A model generated the notes under the pieces. The model saw nothing but the letters and a program-made list of their open reading frames with translations. It had not been told where the DNA came from and searched no databases. A program made the translations under genes and the position numbers. This document shows positions 59,685-64,000 of a stretch of DNA of 64,000 bases, piece by piece (position 1 is the first letter of the stretch; each line of letters opens with the position of its first letter). The stretch comes from an uncultured Mycoplasmatota bacterium. GTDB taxonomy: Bacteria; Bacillota_I; Bacilli_A; RF39; UBA660. Where the stretch lies: positions 35 through 64,034 of the forward strand of contig UQOS01000004.1 in the NCBI GenBank assembly GCA_900542735.1. The letters are read 5' to 3'.

Positions 59685-62234
59685 ATGAATATTTTAAATA
59701 AATTAACACTAAAGCATTTAAAACTAAATAAAAGAAGAACGATAGTTACTATTATTGGTATTATCTTATCTACTTCATTAATGGTAGGAATCGGTTTACT
59801 TCTATCAACTATGCGTGAAAATATGATAGATATGGTAATAGCAGAAAATGGAAATAGACATATGACTATCTATGATATGAATCAAAATGAATATCATAAG
59901 TTAACTCAAGAAAAAGAAATTCAAAAAATAGAATTAGCAGAAGAAATAGGGTATGCTGAATTAAATAATTCTATAGAATACGCTTACTCTTATATTAAAG
60001 TAATTGGTGCCGATAAAAACTATTTAGATACAATTACCCTAAGTGAAGGTAGATTACCAGTAAATGATAAAGAAATTATTATCAAAAGACTAAATAGTAA
60101 TTTAAATGTAAAACTAGGAGATACCATTACCCTAGAATTAGGAAAAATAATTTCAGAAGAAGAAAATATTGTAGACGATTTATTAGAAGAAACTCCAATT
60201 ACTTTTGAAAAACAGGAAACAAAAACTTATCAAGTAGTAGGTATTATCGATAATGACATTAATCAATTATATTCAGATTATGGTATTTATTTTTATACTT
60301 ATCAAGATAGTATGAAAACAGATTCTATTACTGCTAACATTCTTTTTAAAAATGTAAAAGATGCTAGAAAAAATATAGAAGAAATTACTGACAAACTTCA
60401 TTTAGAAGATGAAAATGTAGCGATTAATGAATCCCTTTTAAACCTATATGGTTCTAGTCGTTACTCTAATTTAGTATCATCATTATTAAATACAATGATA
60501 ATTATTTTAGTAATTCTATCAATTGGGTGTGCTATCGTAATTTATAATTCTTTTGCAATTAGCGTTATGGAAAGAAAGAAACAATTTGGCTTACTTTCTA
60601 GTATTGGAGCAACAAAAAAACAAATCCGAAAAACCGTTTTCTTTGAAGCCTTTGTAGTAGGCCTAATTGGAATTATCTTAGGTATCATTGGTGCCTATAT
60701 TGGAATTGGTGTCGTATTATTAATCATTAATAAATTATTGCCAGGAGTTTTTGGAAATGGTTGCGAGTTAAAATTGGTTACTTATCCACTCTTTATTATT
60801 ATACCTATTATATTCATGATAATTACGATTTTAATATCTGCATTCATTCCTGCCAAAAGTGCTAGTAAAATCACGCCAATTCAAGCAATTCGATTAAATG
60901 ATGATATTAAAATAAAAGGAAAAAAGTTAAAAACTCCTAAAATCATTCGTAAACTATTCGGTATGGAGGGAGAAATTGCCCTAAAAAATATGAAACGAAA
61001 TAAGAAAAAATATCGTATTACGATTCTTTCATTATTCGTAAGTATTGTTTTATTTATTGTTTTCTCTGGGTATATGAAATATGCTTTATCAGGAATAGAT
61101 AGTTATACAGAATTACCAAATTATGATGCCATTTTAAGTTACTATTTAACGAGTGAAAATAGAATAAGTGAAAAAGATTACTTAGAAGAAATAGCTAAAA
61201 ACACGGATATTAAAAAGCTATTTCAATATCATATTTATCATTTAGTTACCGATACCAATTTAAATAAAAAAGAATACTATAATGATAAATTCTATGAATT
61301 AGAACAGACTTCTATTGCTAGAATGGACAATGTGTTATTACTACAGGTAAATGATAAGACCTATCAGAATATGTTAAAAGCAATTAATAAGAAAGAAATA
61401 AAACCAATCATTTATAACCATTATGAAAAAATAACTTATGCTAATAATAAAAGAAAAAGTTATAGTATCAATAAATATACTTCTAACTTGAAAGAAAGTA
61501 TCAATTTGTGTGAAACAAAATATGTTAGTGATGACGAAATATACAAAGACTGTAAGTATAAATTAAATAACTATTATATAGCAGATATTGATTTCTTTGG
61601 AAACGATTTAATTAATGATAACAATTCATTAATAGTAATAGTACCCTATAATTATTTCAGTGATTTAACAGATTTTAATGATGGAGAAGAAACAGGTAAC
61701 TTGTTTAAATTAGATGATGATAAAAACTTACAGAGTAATTTAGATGAATTAGAACAGAAATATGGTATTTCTTACAACTATAATAATCTAAAAGAAAATT
61801 TTAAATTAACTAGAAATCTTATATTCTGTGTAAAATTATTAGTATATGGTTTCGTAGTATTAGTAACTCTAATAGGTGTAACAAGTGTCTTTAATACCAT
61901 TAACACAAGTATTCACTTAAGAAGAAAAGAATTTGCTATGTTAAGAAGTGTAGGTTTGTCTAGTCATGGATTTAATAAAATTTTATTATTTGAAAGCCTA
62001 TTCTTTGGATTAAAATCATTATTATATTCTCTACCAGTTAGTCTAGGTATTATCTACTTATTATACTTATCATTTACGAATATGACAGATTATGATAGAA
62101 TCCTAATTCCATATAAGAGTATTTTAATAGCTGTAATTGGAGTATTTATTATCATATTAATTTCTACCGTCTATGCAACAAGAAAAATAAGACATGAAAA
62201 TATCTTAGAAGCAATTAGAGAAGAAAATATTTAA
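59685..62234 (+). CDS. FtsX-like ABC permease (BceB-like; 849 aa with a large extracellular region)
   Basis: Two FtsX transmembrane bundles separated by a long hydrophilic domain. Confidence 0.7.
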   Translation: MNILNKLTLKHLKLNKRRTIVTIIGIILSTSLMVGIGLLLSTMRENMIDMVIAENGNRHMTIYDMNQNEYHKLTQEKEIQKIELAEEIGYAELNNSIEYAYSYIKVIGADKNYLDTITLSEGRLPVNDKEIIIKRLNSNLNVKLGDTITLELGKIISEEENIVDDLLEETPITFEKQETKTYQVVGIIDNDINQLYSDYGIYFYTYQDSMKTDSITANILFKNVKDARKNIEEITDKLHLEDENVAINESLLNLYGSSRYSNLVSSLLNTMIIILVILSIGCAIVIYNSFAISVMERKKQFGLLSSIGATKKQIRKTVFFEAFVVGLIGIILGIIGAYIGIGVVLLIINKLLPGVFGNGCELKLVTYPLFIIIPIIFMIITILISAFIPAKSASKITPIQAIRLNDDIKIKGKKLKTPKIIRKLFGMEGEIALKNMKRNKKKYRITILSLFVSIVLFIVFSGYMKYALSGIDSYTELPNYDAILSYYLTSENRISEKDYLEEIAKNTDIKKLFQYHIYHLVTDTNLNKKEYYNDKFYELEQTSIARMDNVLLLQVNDKTYQNMLKAINKKEIKPIIYNHYEKITYANNKRKSYSINKYTSNLKESINLCETKYVSDDEIYKDCKYKLNNYYIADIDFFGNDLINDNNSLIVIVPYNYFSDLTDFNDGEETGNLFKLDDDKNLQSNLDELEQKYGISYNYNNLKENFKLTRNLIFCVKLLVYGFVVLVTLIGVTSVFNTINTSIHLRRKEFAMLRSVGLSSHGFNKILLFESLFFGLKSLLYSLPVSLGIIYLLYLSFTNMTDYDRILIPYKSILIAVIGVFIIILISTVYATRKIRHENILEAIREENI

Positions 62235-62255
62235 AAGACCATTCGGTCTTTTTTG
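62235..62255 (+). terminator. Terminator: AAGACC-ATTC-GGTCTT followed by a T-run
   Basis: A hairpin plus T6 after the permease gene. Confidence 0.6.
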
Positions 62256-62331
62256 TATGCAATAGGTTAACTTTTAACATAAAATCAAAAAATTTACATA
62301 TAATTAACTTATCTTAAGGTAAGGGGATTTT

Positions 62332-62685
62332 ATGTTAGTATTTCAAAAAAGATTAAAAGAAACAAGAAAAGATAGAGAATTAACACAAGAAGAATTAGGA
62401 AAAGCTATCTATGTAAGTAAGCAAGAAGTATGTCTATATGAAAGTGGTAAAAGAACACCACCTATAGATGTATTAATTAAAATAGCCAATTTTTTAGAAG
62501 TAGATTTCCTATGGTTAATTGGTATGGAATTAGAATTTCCAAAAGCAAAAAATCGTATTGTGAGTTTATCTGATGAAGATATTAAAATCATAGATGCTTT
62601 AAAGAAAGACAGTACACTCTATGAAAAATTCTTAATGGATCCAGATAGAGCGATTACAGATATTACGAATCATTTAAAAAAGTAA
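62332..62685 (+). CDS. XRE-family HTH transcriptional regulator
   Basis: N-terminal HTH (LTQEELGKAIYVSKQEVCLYESGKRTP). Confidence 0.6.
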   Translation: MLVFQKRLKETRKDRELTQEELGKAIYVSKQEVCLYESGKRTPPIDVLIKIANFLEVDFLWLIGMELEFPKAKNRIVSLSDEDIKIIDALKKDSTLYEKFLMDPDRAITDITNHLKK

Positions 62686-62738
62686 TAAACCGACAATATT
62701 TTTAATATCATTTATCTATGATAGGTATAGGTGATGAT

Positions 62739-64000
62739 ATGTTAAAAATTGTAACCGATATTTTATGGAGTATCGCTATTGTTTTTTTACTAGGTGGTGG
62801 ACTATATTTTAGTATCAAACTAGGTTTTCCACAATTAAAGTTAAGGCCTTTATTTAGTGGATTCAAAACTGATGATAAGACAAATGTATCACCATTTAAA
62901 AGTCTAACTATGTCACTTGCTGCTAGAGTAGGAGTTGGTTCTTTAGCAGGAATTGCATTAGCTATTTATATAGGAGGTCCAGGTACCATTTTTTGGATAT
63001 GGGTAACAGGCATCATCACTTCTATTAATGCTTTTTGTGAAAGCTATATGGGTGCTAAATACCAAGTAAAAGATGGTAGTTCTTATCAAGGAGGACCTTC
63101 TTTTTATATTGAAAAAGGCTTACATAGTAAAAAGTTAGCAGTTATTTATTCTATTTTAATTATCATAGCGTATATTGTTGGCTTTATGACGATACAAGCT
63201 AACACAATTGCAACTTCACTACACGAATATTATAATTTTGAGCCTATAATAATAGGGATTATTCTAGCTATTATTTCTTTTATATCTATTATGAAAGGAT
63301 TAAATAGTATTGTAAATATTACGAGTAAATTAGTTCCTTTAATGGGATTAGGTTATATTTTATTAAGTATTATAGTAATTATTCTAAATATACAGAAACT
63401 ACCAGCTACTATTATGACGATTATAATGAGTAGTTTTAATTTAAAATCTGTAACATCAGGAGTAATATCTACTTTTATCATTGGAATTCAAAGAGGTGTA
63501 TTTTCAACTGAAGCAGGACTAGGAACAGGTTCAATTGCCTCTTCTTGTTCTCATTCTAAAAATAAAATAGGACTAGGTCTTATTCAAATATTAGGTATTT
63601 ATTTTACAGTATTTATTGTTTGTACATCTACTGCACTAATCATTCTAACATCAGACTATACGAAATTAACATTTGAGAATATGAATGGAATAGAATTAAC
63701 TCAATATGCACTTAATTACCACTTAGGAAAAGTAGGCATCTTAGTTTTAATCATTTCTTTAATATTTTTAGCTTATTCTACAATTATAGCTGGTTACTAT
63801 TACGGAGAAAGTAGTCTAAAATACCTTCGAAAAAATGTAACACCATTTCAAATTAATCTTCTAAAAACAGTAACCGTCTTATTACTAGTAATAGGAAGTA
63901 TTACTAGTCCAACCCTACTTTGGAATATAGTAGATATTTTAGTAGCAATTCTAGCAATTATTAATATGTATTCTTTACTAAGACTAAGACGAGAAATTAT
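62739..64000 (+). CDS. Sodium:alanine symporter family (AgcS) amino-acid carrier. It is partial and runs off the window.
   Basis: FSIKLGFPQ...SPFKSLTMSLAARVGVGSLAGIA matches the AgcS N-terminus. It is absent from the ORF track because no stop codon falls within the window. Confidence 0.6.
   Translation, partial: MLKIVTDILWSIAIVFLLGGGLYFSIKLGFPQLKLRPLFSGFKTDDKTNVSPFKSLTMSLAARVGVGSLAGIALAIYIGGPGTIFWIWVTGIITSINAFCESYMGAKYQVKDGSSYQGGPSFYIEKGLHSKKLAVIYSILIIIAYIVGFMTIQANTIATSLHEYYNFEPIIIGIILAIISFISIMKGLNSIVNITSKLVPLMGLGYILLSIIVIILNIQKLPATIMTIIMSSFNLKSVTSGVISTFIIGIQRGVFSTEAGLGTGSIASSCSHSKNKIGLGLIQILGIYFTVFIVCTSTALIILTSDYTKLTFENMNGIELTQYALNYHLGKVGILVLIISLIFLAYSTIIAGYYYGESSLKYLRKNVTPFQINLLKTVTVLLLVIGSITSPTLLWNIVDILVAILAIINMYSLLRLRREI

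Noticed and set aside
1-64000. Mollicute-type genetic code (UGA=Trp), given the roughly 25% GC content
   Set aside because: Long conserved genes (mfd, gyrA, dnaX) are intact under the standard code. Trp is encoded by TGG in conserved positions.

Overview
The window is a very AT-rich (about 25% GC), standard-genetic-code, low-GC Firmicute chromosome segment centred on the replication origin. Gene order closely follows the Bacillus subtilis origin region.

Left arm, minus strand (left to right): spoVG, veg, yabG, ksgA, an inserted membrane/SipW operon, a 3D-domain protein, tatD, a GNAT acetyltransferase, metG, dut, spoVT, mfd, pth, rsmI, a YabB-like methyltransferase, yaaT, holB, a bofA-like gene, recR, ybaB, dnaX, tadA, then a 1.5 kb non-coding array, then gyrA, gyrB, recF, a ComK-family gene, dnaN and dnaA.

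Right arm, plus strand: rpmH, rnpA, yidC, jag, mnmE, mnmG, rsmG, noc, soj, spo0J, mscS, a DUF951 gene, abgT, ychF, rpsF, ssb, rpsR, a DHH phosphoesterase, rplI, the dnaB helicase, an M23 peptidase, walJ, rlmH, then a BceRS/BceAB-like module, an XRE regulator and a partial agcS.

Sporulation markers (spoVG, yabG, spoVT, yaaT, a bofA-like gene) point to an endospore-forming lineage. No rRNA, tRNA, CRISPR array or transposase gene was recognised.

Three non-coding features stand out:
- A bipartite oriC with DnaA-box clusters on both sides of dnaA.
- A roughly 72-nt SRP RNA-like hairpin upstream of tadA.
- A T-box leader upstream of dut-metG.

The most unusual feature is a 1.5 kb non-coding tandem array between gyrA and the SRP RNA/tadA. 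It carries seven perfect parS palindromes (ATGTTTCACGTGAAACAT). Four of them are fused to a DnaA-box-like TGTGGAAAA and to a Noc-binding-site palindrome (ATTTCCCGGGAAAT, within the extended form AATTATTTCCCGGGAAATAATT). Additional copies of the Noc-site palindrome lie in the pth-rsmI gap, inside the dnaX coding sequence, in the mnmE-mnmG gap and, in variant form, in oriC.

A second accessory feature is an operon inserted between ksgA and the yabE-like gene: a SipW-type signal peptidase, two paralogous secreted proteins with a TasA-like signal-peptide motif, and two membrane proteins. A third paralog begins at the left window edge.
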